64,000 nt of DNA from assembly GCA_965209055.1 (NCBI GenBank), contig OZ242374.1:2784001-2848000 (forward strand). Direction: 5' to 3'. Made by a program: the position numbers and the translations under genes. The notes beneath the pieces are model-generated. The model saw only the letters and a program-made list of their open reading frames with translations. It made no database searches and was not told the DNA's origin. Positions 48,869 through 58,476 of the stretch are shown here, piece after piece; the stretch's first letter is position 1; each line of letters begins with the position of its first letter. The stretch comes from Acidobacteriota bacterium (lineage in GTDB: Bacteria; Acidobacteriota; UBA6911; RPQK01; JAJDTT01).

Positions 48869-51031
48869 ATGAATCGCAGAAAATTCCTTGCCCTCTCTGG
48901 TACCGCCATGACCGCGGGGACCTGGCCCGCGGTTTCCGCGCCGGCGGCTCGGGAGCAGCGCCCCGGCTTGTCCGAGGAGTTCCTGCTCGGAGTCGAGTAC
49001 TACCGGGCTCCCATGCCTCCCCAGGAGTTCTGGGACCAGGACTTCGCGGACATCCGGCGCGCCGGGCTGCGCATCATCCGGACCTTCTCCTACTGGAACT
49101 GGATGGAGCCTCAGCCCGGAAAATACGAGCTGGACGATTTCGACCGGCTCTTCGAGCTGGCCCTCAAGCACGACCTCCTGGTCTGGTTCGACATGACGCT
49201 GGCCACCCATGGGGCCGCGCCTGAGTGGATGAGGCGCCGCCATCCCGACATGCGCGTGGTTTCGAGCGAGGGAGTGGTCGCGGTGCCCCGGGCCGGCAAC
49301 GCCGCTCCCCAGGGCCGGCAGTGGCACTGCTACAACCACCCCAAGTGGCGGGAGTACGGGGGCGCCATTCTGAAAACGGTGGTGGACCGCTACAAGGACG
49401 CGCCGAACCTGATCATGTGGAGCGTCTGGGACGGGGTGGCGCCGGCGGCCGCGCACTACGGGTTTCCCAAGGGCTGCTATTGCCAGCACTCCATCGCTGC
49501 CTACCGCGATTGGCTGAAGCGGCGTTTCAGCCTGGATCAACTCAACCGGAAGCTGCACCGCCGCTACCGGGACTGGGCGGACGTGGAGCCGGCCCGGTCC
49601 AATTCGGCCATCGTCGAGATGATGTTGTGGCAGGAATTCCAGAACGAAGACCTGCGGGACCAGGTCCGGTGGCAGGTGGAAGTGGTCCGCAGCCTGGACG
49701 ACCGTCACGAGGTCCGGGGACACGGGGCGTACTTTCCTCGAATCTGGGACGAGATCAGCGCCCGGGAGTTCGATTCGTGGGGGTTCTCCTCCCGCAGCAA
49801 CGACTTTCTCAGTGGCGACGACCCCTACCGTTTCGCCGAGACCTGTTTCGCCACCGACTGGTCGCGCAGCATCGGTACGGGCGGCCGCTGGTGGTACGAG
49901 GAGATCTACGCCGGGATGAACCCGGGCGGCATACACCATAAACGGCAGACGACTCCCGAGGAGATCAGCGTCAACATGTGGCTGGCGCTGGCGCGGGGAG
50001 GCTCCGGCGCCCTGTTTTGGCAATACCGTCCCGAGTACATGAGCTTCGAGGCTCCGGGTCTGAACCTGGTCTCTCTGGGCGGCGTCCGGCTGCCGCGGCT
50101 GGAAGCCGCGGAAAAGACGATCCGGCAGATGGAGCGGGTGCGGCCCCACCTTCCGCTCCGGGTTCCCAAAGCCGAGATGGCTATCGTCTACCACGAGAAG
50201 AGCGACCTGCTGCACCGGTTCGGCAAGGCCGGAACGGACTATCGGGAGAGCCTCAGGGGCACGTACCGGACGCTGTGGGAGCACAACATCCCCGTGGACG
50301 TGGTCAGCCCCCGCATGGATTGGGACGGTTACAAGCTGGTCTATCTCCCGCGGACGGCCGTCCTCGATGAGGATCTCCTGGCGAAGATCAGGCGCACCGT
50401 CAGGGGCGGCGAGGGTCCCCGCCTGGTGGCCGACGGACCGTTCGGAACCAACGCCGAAAACGGCCGCTTCAGTTTCGATCCGCCCGAGGGATTGTCCGAG
50501 CTGTTGGGCGTCAAGACCCTGGATCACAGCCGGATCACGGCCAAGGAAATCCGCGACCGGACGAATCGCTTGCGGCTGGAAGGGGACGAGCTTGCCATCG
50601 GCCGGGAGTGCAACTTCATCGGACTGCAGGTGTCGGATCCGGCCCGGGCGATCGCCTGGTACGGCGATGAGGTGGTCGGGATTCAGACTTCCGGCCGGCG
50701 CTTCACCTGGATCACCATTTCGCTTTGGGAAGGAATCGAGAATTCCGTGAGAGGCAAGTTGCTGGTTCCGCTGGTGCAGTCATTGGGCGTCGATTCCCCG
50801 GTCCGCTCGGAGGGCGATCGGATCATCGTGCAACTGGCCCAAGCCAGGGAGGAAGGCGTGCTGATGTTCCTCTTCAACGTGGAGCCACAGCCCGCCGAAA
50901 CCGAACTGGCGCCCATGTGGAGCTTTTCGAAGGTTCAGGATCTGATCGGCGGGCAGGCCGTGCCGGTGCGGGAAGGACGGTTCAGCGTCCAGGTTCCGCG
51001 CCAAGAGGTGAGGGTCCTGCATCTCAGCTAG
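48869..51031 (+). CDS. GH42 beta-galactosidase-like protein, Tat-exported
   Basis: NRRKFL; GVEYY, WNWMEPQPGKY, CYCQHS, ALFWQYR; trimerisation-like C-terminal region. The canonical NE motif appears replaced by WDG. Confidence 0.8.
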   Translation: MNRRKFLALSGTAMTAGTWPAVSAPAAREQRPGLSEEFLLGVEYYRAPMPPQEFWDQDFADIRRAGLRIIRTFSYWNWMEPQPGKYELDDFDRLFELALKHDLLVWFDMTLATHGAAPEWMRRRHPDMRVVSSEGVVAVPRAGNAAPQGRQWHCYNHPKWREYGGAILKTVVDRYKDAPNLIMWSVWDGVAPAAAHYGFPKGCYCQHSIAAYRDWLKRRFSLDQLNRKLHRRYRDWADVEPARSNSAIVEMMLWQEFQNEDLRDQVRWQVEVVRSLDDRHEVRGHGAYFPRIWDEISAREFDSWGFSSRSNDFLSGDDPYRFAETCFATDWSRSIGTGGRWWYEEIYAGMNPGGIHHKRQTTPEEISVNMWLALARGGSGALFWQYRPEYMSFEAPGLNLVSLGGVRLPRLEAAEKTIRQMERVRPHLPLRVPKAEMAIVYHEKSDLLHRFGKAGTDYRESLRGTYRTLWEHNIPVDVVSPRMDWDGYKLVYLPRTAVLDEDLLAKIRRTVRGGEGPRLVADGPFGTNAENGRFSFDPPEGLSELLGVKTLDHSRITAKEIRDRTNRLRLEGDELAIGRECNFIGLQVSDPARAIAWYGDEVVGIQTSGRRFTWITISLWEGIENSVRGKLLVPLVQSLGVDSPVRSEGDRIIVQLAQAREEGVLMFLFNVEPQPAETELAPMWSFSKVQDLIGGQAVPVREGRFSVQVPRQEVRVLHLS

Positions 51032-51054
51032 AGGTGCCTTTTGGGGAAGTGTCC

Positions 51055-52707
51055 ATGCCATCCGATCCCGAAACGGAATCTCCTTCCAGCCTGAATCGCC
51101 GCGAGTTCATCGGCGCAGGTGCAATGGGAACAGCCGTAGCGGCGGCGCCCGCCGCGTGCCGGACGGAACCTCCTCAGGAGGCCGGGGCGAATCCTGCATC
51201 CGTCGCTCCCTTCGAGCTGGACGAGGTCTCCATCCTGGAACTCCAGCGAAGGATGGACTCGGGACAGGAGACGGCTCGCTCCATTGCCGGGAAATACCTG
51301 CTCCGCATCGAGGAGATCGATGGCCAGGGACCGGCGCTCCGTTCCGTCATCGAGGTCAATCCTGAAGCCCTCGCCATCGCCGATTCCCTGGATCGGGAAC
51401 GGCGGGAGTCCGGCGCCCGGGGACCACTGCACGGCATTCCCATCCTGATCAAGGACAACATCGACACGGCCGACCGGATGACGACCACCGCCGGTTCGCT
51501 GGCGCTCGAGGGTTCCATTGCAGCACAGGACTCGTTCGTGGCGCGAAAACTGCGGGAAGCGGGGGCGGTCCTGCTGGGGAAGACCAACCTCAGCGAGTGG
51601 GCCAACTTCCGATCGACCCGCTCCACCAGCGGCTGGAGCGGACGCGGCGGCCTCACCCGGAATCCCTACGCCCTGAATCGGAATCCCTGCGGCTCCAGCT
51701 CCGGTTCGGGTGTGGCCGTCTCGGCCAATCTCTGCTCGGCCGCCATCGGAACCGAGACCGACGGGTCCATCGTCTGTCCCTCGACGGCCAACGGGATCGT
51801 GGGAATCAAGCCGACGGTGGGACTGGCCAGCCGGACCGGGATCATTCCCATTTCCCACAGTCAGGATACGGCCGGACCCATGGCCCGGACGGTGGCGGAC
51901 GCCGTGGCGGTCCTGGGAGCCCTGACCGGAGTCGATCCCGCCGACCCCCACACGGCGGCGAGCCAGGGACGGTCGCACGCCGACTACAGCCGGTTTCTGG
52001 ACCCTTCCGGGCTTCGCGGAGCCCGAGTCGGACTGGTCCGCCGGCTTCTGGGCTTTCATCCGGACGTGGACCGCATCGTCGAAGAGGCGGTGGCGGCCAT
52101 GCGGGACCAGGGAGCGGTGGTCGTCGATCCCGTAGACATTCCGACCTGGGGACAGTGGAGCGAGTCGGAACTGGAGGTCATGCTCTACGAGTTCAAGGCC
52201 GGGCTGAACGCCTATCTGGCCGGACTGGGAGGGTCGCGGCGGGTCACGTCACTGAAGGATCTCATCCGGTTCAACGAAGAGAATGCGGATCGGGAGATGC
52301 CCTACTTCGGCCAGGAACATTTCATTCAGGCCCAGGCGAAGGGGCCCCTGACCGACAGGAGATACCGGGACGCCCTGGCCAGAAATCATCGTCTGAGCCG
52401 GGAAGAGGGCATCGACCGGGTGATGGACGAGCATCGGTTGGATGCCCTGCTGGCGCCCACCGGGGGTCCGGCCTGGGTCACCGACCTCGTGAACGGCGAC
52501 AGCTACGGTGGCGGCAGTTCCGGCGCCGCGGCGGTGTCGGGCTATCCCAACATTACCGTTCCGGCGGGCTTCGTCCACGGCCTTCCGGTGGGGATCTCCT
52601 TTTTCGGGCGTGCCTGGAGCGAAGGAAAGCTCCTCCGGCTGGCGTACGCGTTCGAGCAGGCGACGCAGGTGCGCCGAGCGCCTCAATTCCGTCCAGCTGC
52701 GGGTTAG
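51055..52707 (+). CDS. Amidase-signature family enzyme, Tat-exported
   Basis: NRREF; [27 protein letters not shown]. Confidence 0.92.
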   Translation: MPSDPETESPSSLNRREFIGAGAMGTAVAAAPAACRTEPPQEAGANPASVAPFELDEVSILELQRRMDSGQETARSIAGKYLLRIEEIDGQGPALRSVIEVNPEALAIADSLDRERRESGARGPLHGIPILIKDNIDTADRMTTTAGSLALEGSIAAQDSFVARKLREAGAVLLGKTNLSEWANFRSTRSTSGWSGRGGLTRNPYALNRNPCGSSSGSGVAVSANLCSAAIGTETDGSIVCPSTANGIVGIKPTVGLASRTGIIPISHSQDTAGPMARTVADAVAVLGALTGVDPADPHTAASQGRSHADYSRFLDPSGLRGARVGLVRRLLGFHPDVDRIVEEAVAAMRDQGAVVVDPVDIPTWGQWSESELEVMLYEFKAGLNAYLAGLGGSRRVTSLKDLIRFNEENADREMPYFGQEHFIQAQAKGPLTDRRYRDALARNHRLSREEGIDRVMDEHRLDALLAPTGGPAWVTDLVNGDSYGGGSSGAAAVSGYPNITVPAGFVHGLPVGISFFGRAWSEGKLLRLAYAFEQATQVRRAPQFRPAAG

Positions 52708-52735
52708 CATCCCCTTGGCCTGGGGGCGAGGGTGT

Positions 52736-52812
52736 GTAGTCCCGTGGGAGGGGGTTTTTGACCCCCGATTCCGGAGCTGGGATGAAGAGGGGGACTAACA
52801 ATCCTCCCTTCT
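52736..52812. repeat. REP doublet
   Basis: GTAG...GGGGGTTTTTGACCCCCG...GGGGGACTAACAATCCTCCC; similar to 55327-55440. Confidence 0.7.
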
Positions 52813-53398
52813 ATCAATGGCCGTTGAAAATTGCACACTTTTGGCCTTCGAAAATTGCACACTTTTGGCCACTGAAAATTGCACAGGTCGCGGGAGCCCC
52901 CGTGAAGGGAGCGTAGCGACCGCCACGGGGGCTCCCGCGGCCGGACCTGGTCCCCTCATGCCGCCCTCCTCCCCAAGCCCGATTCCTGGGCACTGACGGC
53001 TCGGGCGGCGGTCGGATGGATCGCCTTCGAGAGTTCCGCGTGGTGCCTCAGCCGGTAGCTATTCCCCCGGATGTTGACGATGTGGCACCGGTGCAGGACC
53101 CGGTCCAGAAGCGCCGCCGCCATCACCTCGTCCCCCAAGATCTGGCCCCATTCCTCGAAGCCCTTGTTCGAGGTCAATACCGTCGAGGCCCGCTCGTAGC
53201 GCCGGTTCACCAGTTGGAAGAACAGGACCGCTCCGCTCTGGCTCACCGGTAGGTAGCCGATCTCATCCACCACCAGGAGCGCCGGATGGGTCAGGGTCTT
53301 GAGCCGGTGGTTGAGCCGGCCCGCCGCTTTCGCTTCCTCCAACGAGTCAATCAGATCCAGCAACGTGCCATAGTAGACCCGCCGTCCACGCTCGGCCG
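52812..53398 (-). mobile_element. IS21-family remnant (3' part of istB plus right end)
   Basis: istB: RRVYYGT...LLVVDEIGY...FQLVNRRYE...LTSNK...LLDRVLH...GNSYRL. Three GAAAATTGCACA repeats at a 24-bp period (52826, 52850, 52874). Confidence 0.88.
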
Positions 53399-53587
53399 CG
53401 AGAGGTTGCCGGCGTCCGGAGGGGTACGGACCGGTCCTTTCCGTGTCTGCAAGTCTCCGGTCTCCTTCGCCGATTGGTTTTCATTCGGCCGTGCGCAGGC
53501 TCCACCGAACACCGCCAGGACGGCTGCCAACAGAATTTCGGGAAGCGACCTGCGGATGAACGATGTCTTCCGGATCGTCCCGGCCAA
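53399..53587 (-). pseudogene. 5' fragment duplicate of gene 55438-56883, cut by the IS21 remnant
   Basis: MAGTIRKTSFIRRSLPEILL... matches MAGTIRKTPFIRRSFPGILL... Confidence 0.8.
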
Positions 53588-53622
53588 TTCCTATTCCCCT
53601 CTAACTGACCGGACTCGTCGGC

Positions 53623-55098
53623 TTACCTGAACTTCAGCGAGAACAGATCGGCGTCTTTCATGACGAAGCGGAGCCGCACCGGTTTCCCGGAGATCCGTCT
53701 CAGGGGCTCGTCAGTGGTGGCCCGGGAATGCGAACGCTCCCAGCGGACGGTGTGCTCGATTTCATCCCCCCAGATCAGAGGCGATTCCTCCAAGGCAAAG
53801 CCCGGAAGCGGATTGCCATCGGCATCCTGAATCTCCAGGTGAATGCTTCCGGCGGCCGACGTGGCGAAATTGAGGACCAGATTGTTCCCTTGGAAGACGA
53901 GGGGCTTGGTCAGCAGCTCCCCGCCGCCGTAGCCGGCAGAAGCGGACGCGAAACCGTCGGTGCGCAGGGCCATCCGCTCCAAGTGAGCGCTGGGAGAGGT
54001 GTAATGGCGGGCCACGTAGATCGATATCTCATCGTTGGCAGTGGGCAGCACTCCGGCCGCGATCATGTTGGTGCGATGGACCCAGCTCTTGGGATCCCGC
54101 CCCGGCCGCACGAAAGCCTCCATGAAGCGCCGGTCCCAGTGCACTCCGTCCCGGCTGCTCATGAAGACACCTTCCGATACGCCTGAACTGGAGACGTCGG
54201 GGTGAAACGTCCTCCACAGAACGAAACGCTTGGGAAAGGCCAGGTAGATGTGCGGCGCCCTGAAATAAGGCCGGGTGGCGTTGGTGTAGAGCTGTTCCCG
54301 GGGAGTGTTTCCGTAGTCGGCATACGTGCCCGGTGGCCAGTCGACGAAGTTCTGGGAATGAGAGAACTTGATGGTTCGGACACCGTCCTGACCGATTCGG
54401 TAGATGGCCGAGTAACGCTGCCGCACCGAATCCCAGAAGACCACGTTCAGGGAATCGAATTTTCCGTCGGTGATGATGGGCTCGTCCCGGACCTTGCTCC
54501 AGTGGATTCCGTCGGGAGAAACGAAGCCCAGCAGGACCGGTTTGCCGTCGATGTAGCCCGAGCCCACCGCCTTGTATCGCTGCGAATCGGGAGCATCGGG
54601 ATTGCCGTCCTTGAAGGGGGAGAAGTTGTGGGCCCCGGCCCGGTTTCCGCTCCAGACGATGTTGTTGTCCTTGGACCCTTCGAACTCGATCAGCCCCAGA
54701 GAGGGACGGGACCAGTGGATGCCGTCCCGGCTCTCGGCGTAGCAGGCCACCTGCTCATGTTCGGGAACAGGCTTCTCGCCCGGTTTCATCAGCGACTGGA
54801 TCGTATATCCGGCGTGGCTGCTCCCCCGGTAGTACATGCGGAAGAGGTCTCCGTCCTGGAAGACCGTGTGGAAGGCACTGGTGGTGCCTTCCCAGGGCTT
54901 GTCGTGATTCATGACGATGCCCGCCGGCTGTGGCGTCTGAAGCCGGAGGCGAACTCCGTCCATGGACTCGATGACGTAGTCGTCCACGAACAGTTCCAGC
55001 CGGGAACCGATTTTGAGCGGAGAAGTGGAATCCGCTTCCGCCGGGACCTGCCCGAATGACACCAGAACCAATACGGTCGCACCTATCGCTCGTTGCAT
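53623..55098 (-). CDS. Secreted GH32-like beta-propeller protein, paralog 1
   Basis: ELFVDDY, FRMYYRG, YAESRDG, SSRDG, LRTDGFAS. Confidence 0.8.
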   Translation of the reverse strand: MQRAIGATVLVLVSFGQVPAEADSTSPLKIGSRLELFVDDYVIESMDGVRLRLQTPQPAGIVMNHDKPWEGTTSAFHTVFQDGDLFRMYYRGSSHAGYTIQSLMKPGEKPVPEHEQVACYAESRDGIHWSRPSLGLIEFEGSKDNNIVWSGNRAGAHNFSPFKDGNPDAPDSQRYKAVGSGYIDGKPVLLGFVSPDGIHWSKVRDEPIITDGKFDSLNVVFWDSVRQRYSAIYRIGQDGVRTIKFSHSQNFVDWPPGTYADYGNTPREQLYTNATRPYFRAPHIYLAFPKRFVLWRTFHPDVSSSGVSEGVFMSSRDGVHWDRRFMEAFVRPGRDPKSWVHRTNMIAAGVLPTANDEISIYVARHYTSPSAHLERMALRTDGFASASAGYGGGELLTKPLVFQGNNLVLNFATSAAGSIHLEIQDADGNPLPGFALEESPLIWGDEIEHTVRWERSHSRATTDEPLRRISGKPVRLRFVMKDADLFSLKFR

Positions 55099-55326
55099 TT
55101 CAGGATTCCTCCTCACGTTCAATTGCAATTCCCGATTCTCTTACGCGCTTGAGACCCCCAGCATGACACGGGGAGGAAAAAATGGCCGCACCTGTTCCAA
55201 AGCGAAAAAGATCCCGCTTCGCCGTCATCTGCGTCGCTCTCGGTCTCGTAACCGGATCGTTGACCCTGGCGAAACCTGGAAATCGAGACTGTCCCTTTCA
55301 GTTTCCTTGAGTAGGGGCATTGGTTT

Positions 55327-55440
55327 GTAGCCCCGTGGGGGCGGGGGATAACTCCCGATTCCGGAGCGGCGATGAAGAGGGGGGACTAGCAGTCCCTCCT
55401 CCCAGGGGACGAAGAGGGGGATTAACAGTCCCCCCTCCTA
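55327..55440. repeat. REP cluster
   Basis: GAAGAGGGGGGACTAGCAGTCCCTCC and GAAGAGGGGGATTAACAGTCCCCCCTCC hairpins. Confidence 0.7.
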
Positions 55441-56883
55441 GTTCGTGGGTTGGGGTCGGCGGACGGTTCCGTCGCGCTTGATGGGAATCGGCTGGGCGGC
55501 TGGCGTCGTGCCGGGTTCGTGGACGATCCAATCGCCGACGCTCGCTCCTTTCGGCCGCGAACGCGACGGCCTCCTGGCTCCTTTTCCCGGTTGGTACCGG
55601 ATAGTGGAGAGGTGCGGAGTCTGCACCCGTGTCCCGCCCTGGCTGCGGGAGATCATGGCCGCCTCCAGGATGCCCGTGGTCAGAAGGGTTCGTTCCACGG
55701 GGTTTGGGGCAGTGCCCGAAACGAAGAAGTCCTCGATGTTGAGACCCAAATAACCGAACGCGGCTCGGGCGGGACCGCCGGCGATGTGGTACTCGAGCGA
55801 GTCGGTCGATGCTCCGCGTTGCTGGGCGTAGGCGAATTTGCGGACGTAGCCGTCTCCCAGCATCAGGACCGCGGCCTCCAGTCCGTCGACGTAGTCCACG
55901 AGAAAAACATGGGGGTCGTAGACCTGCGCCGGGTCCAACTGGCCCGGTCCATCCTCGATCCGGCTCAGTGCCTCATTGGCCAGCGGGATTGACCATCGGC
56001 CCTCATTGCCGGCCTGCCACACTTTGTCGCCCGATAGGCATTGAACGGAGCGGACTCCGGTCTCGCCGCCGCGCCGCCGTTCGACGTTGGACTGGAGGAC
56101 CTCCAGGGCGTGAAAGCCGTACCTCTCCACCATGTGGAAACCGATGACGAGAGCCCGGTCCACCGGCTGACCCAAGGGATGTTCCCAGTTGGGGTTGCGC
56201 CAGACGACGGGCAGAGCCGACGCGGCCCAGAGGGGGATATTCTTTGCCTTGGCCGTTTCGTACATCCAGGCGGCATCGTCCCACCGGTAGGAGAGGTGCT
56301 TGTCGTTGAAGACCGGGATGGGCCGGTCCGCTTCGCCGATGACGCCGGCGATCTGTTCGAAGAAGTAGCGCCGCGGCAACATCTCCTGGCCCAGTTCCGA
56401 CCGCGGGTAGTCGCCGTGCTCCCCGATCAGCAGCACCGCATCCACCGCCAGTTCATCTCCTCCCAGGGTCAGCGCCGCCCGGATGCTCTCGTACAAGGGG
56501 ATGTCGAATTCGTAGGCGATCTGGCGGCCGACGTCTCGCTCGTGAATCTGGTCGATGTACAGCGAGACGATCGTGGACCGGGGTGGAATGACGCCCTCGT
56601 CGGTGGGAAATCCGCGGAGGAACTTATCGACGATGACCCCGGCATGGCTGTTGGGAAAGAAGGTGGTCACGACGGCGGCGATCCGGAGCGGCCGCGAGCG
56701 GTTGCCGGCGTCCGGAGGCATAGGGACCGATTCTGTCCGTGGCTGCAAATATCCGGTCTCGATCGCCGATTCGTTTGCGTCCGGTCCCGAACAGGCTGCG
56801 CCGAACGCCGCCAGGACGGCTGCCAACAGAATTCCGGGAAACGACCTGCGGATGAACGGTGTCTTCCGGATCGTCCCGGCCAA
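55438..56883 (-). CDS. Hypothetical lipoprotein, oxidoreductase-like
   Basis: AACSG lipobox-like motif; SLYIDQ, VLLIGEHGDYP, VFNDKHLS, YGFHALE. Confidence 0.7.
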   Translation of the reverse strand: MAGTIRKTPFIRRSFPGILLAAVLAAFGAACSGPDANESAIETGYLQPRTESVPMPPDAGNRSRPLRIAAVVTTFFPNSHAGVIVDKFLRGFPTDEGVIPPRSTIVSLYIDQIHERDVGRQIAYEFDIPLYESIRAALTLGGDELAVDAVLLIGEHGDYPRSELGQEMLPRRYFFEQIAGVIGEADRPIPVFNDKHLSYRWDDAAWMYETAKAKNIPLWAASALPVVWRNPNWEHPLGQPVDRALVIGFHMVERYGFHALEVLQSNVERRRGGETGVRSVQCLSGDKVWQAGNEGRWSIPLANEALSRIEDGPGQLDPAQVYDPHVFLVDYVDGLEAAVLMLGDGYVRKFAYAQQRGASTDSLEYHIAGGPARAAFGYLGLNIEDFFVSGTAPNPVERTLLTTGILEAAMISRSQGGTRVQTPHLSTIRYQPGKGARRPSRSRPKGASVGDWIVHEPGTTPAAQPIPIKRDGTVRRPQPTN

Positions 56884-56917
56884 TTCCTCTCCCCTTTTTC
56901 CGACCGGACTCGGCAGC

Positions 56918-58393
56918 CTACCTGAACTTCAGCGAATACAGGTCGGCGTCCTTCATGACGAAGCGGAGCCGCACTGCTTTCCCGGTGATCCGTCTCAGGG
57001 GCTTGTCAGTGGTGGCCATGGAATGGGAACGCTCCCAGCGGACGGTGTGCTCGATTTCATCCCCCCAGATCAGAGGCGATTCCTCCAGAGCGAAGCCGGG
57101 GAGCGGTCTGCCCTCGGCATCCTGAATCTCCAGGTGAATGCTTCCGGCGGCCGACGTGGCGAAGTTGAGGATCAGGTTGGTCCCCTGGAAGATCAGGGGT
57201 TTGGTCAGCAGCTCCCCGCCGCCGTAGCCGGCAGAAGCGGAGGCGAAGCCGTCGGTGCGAAGGACCATCCGCTCCAAGTGGGCGCTGGGAGAGGTGTAGT
57301 GGCGGGACACGTAGATCGATATCTCGTCGTCGGCCGTAGGCAGCACCCCGGCCGCGATCATGTTGGTGCGATGGACCCAACTCCTGGGGTCCCGCCCCGG
57401 CCGCACGAATGCCTCCATGAAGCTCCGGTCCCAGTGCACTCCGTCCCGGCTGCTGATGAAGACCCCTTCCGATACCCCCGATCCGGAAACGTCGGGGTGC
57501 ATCGTCCTCCACTGAACGAAACGCTTGGGAAAGGCCACGTAGATGTGAGGCGCCCGAAAATAGGGAGAGGTGCCGTTGGTGTAGAGCTGCTCCCGCGGAG
57601 TGTCTCCGTAGTCGGCAAACGTGCCTGGCGGCCAGTCGACGAAGTTGTCGGTATGAGAGTGCTTGAAAGACCGGACGCCTTCATGACCGGCCCGGTAGAT
57701 GGCCGAGTAACGCTGCCGCACCGAATCCCAGAAGGCCACGTTCAGTGAATCGAAGGCGCCGTCGGTGATGATGGGCTCGTCCCGGACCTTGCTCCAGTGG
57801 ATTCCGTCGGGAGAGACGAAGCCCAACAGGACCGGTTTGCCGCCGATATTGCTCGATCCCACGGCCTTGTAGCGCTGCGAATCCGGAGCGTCGGGGTTTC
57901 CGTCCTTGAAGGGGGCGAAGTTGTGGCCCCCGTCCCGGTTTCCAATCCAGACGATGTTGTTGTCCTTGGACCCCTCGAACTCGATCAGCCCCAGGGTGGG
58001 ACGGGTCCAGTGGATCCCGTCCCGGCTCTCGGCGTAGCAGGCCACCTGCTCATGTTCGGGAATGGGCGTCTCGCCCGGTTTCATCAGCGACGGAATTGTG
58101 TAACCGGCATGACTGCTGCCCCGGTAGTACATGCGGAAGATTTCCCCGTCCTGGAAGACCGTGTGGTAGGCGCTGGTGGTGCCCTCCCAGGGTTTGTCGT
58201 GGTTCATGACGATGCCCGCCGGCCGCGGCGTGTGAAGCCGGAGGCGAACTCCGTCCATGGACTCGATGAGGTAGTCGTCCACGAACAGCTCGAGCCGCGA
58301 TCCAACTTGGACCGGAGAAGCAGAATCCGCTCCCGCCAGAACCTGCCCGAATGACACCAGAATCAAGACGGCTGCACCTGTCGCTCGTTGCAT
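56918..58393 (-). CDS. Secreted GH32-like beta-propeller protein, paralog 2
   Basis: Near-copy of 53623-55098. Confidence 0.8.
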   Translation of the reverse strand: MQRATGAAVLILVSFGQVLAGADSASPVQVGSRLELFVDDYLIESMDGVRLRLHTPRPAGIVMNHDKPWEGTTSAYHTVFQDGEIFRMYYRGSSHAGYTIPSLMKPGETPIPEHEQVACYAESRDGIHWTRPTLGLIEFEGSKDNNIVWIGNRDGGHNFAPFKDGNPDAPDSQRYKAVGSSNIGGKPVLLGFVSPDGIHWSKVRDEPIITDGAFDSLNVAFWDSVRQRYSAIYRAGHEGVRSFKHSHTDNFVDWPPGTFADYGDTPREQLYTNGTSPYFRAPHIYVAFPKRFVQWRTMHPDVSGSGVSEGVFISSRDGVHWDRSFMEAFVRPGRDPRSWVHRTNMIAAGVLPTADDEISIYVSRHYTSPSAHLERMVLRTDGFASASAGYGGGELLTKPLIFQGTNLILNFATSAAGSIHLEIQDAEGRPLPGFALEESPLIWGDEIEHTVRWERSHSMATTDKPLRRITGKAVRLRFVMKDADLYSLKFR

Positions 58394-58476
58394 TTCAGGA
58401 TTTCCCCTCGCTTTCATTTGCAATTCCCGATTCTCTTATGCGCTTGAGACCCCTATCATGACACGGGGAGGAAAAA

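Noticed and set aside
52826-52885. Three regularly spaced repeats resembling a mini-CRISPR
   Set aside because: The period is 24 bp with almost no spacer and they lie beside istB; these are the transposase-binding repeats typical of IS21 ends. No cas genes are present.
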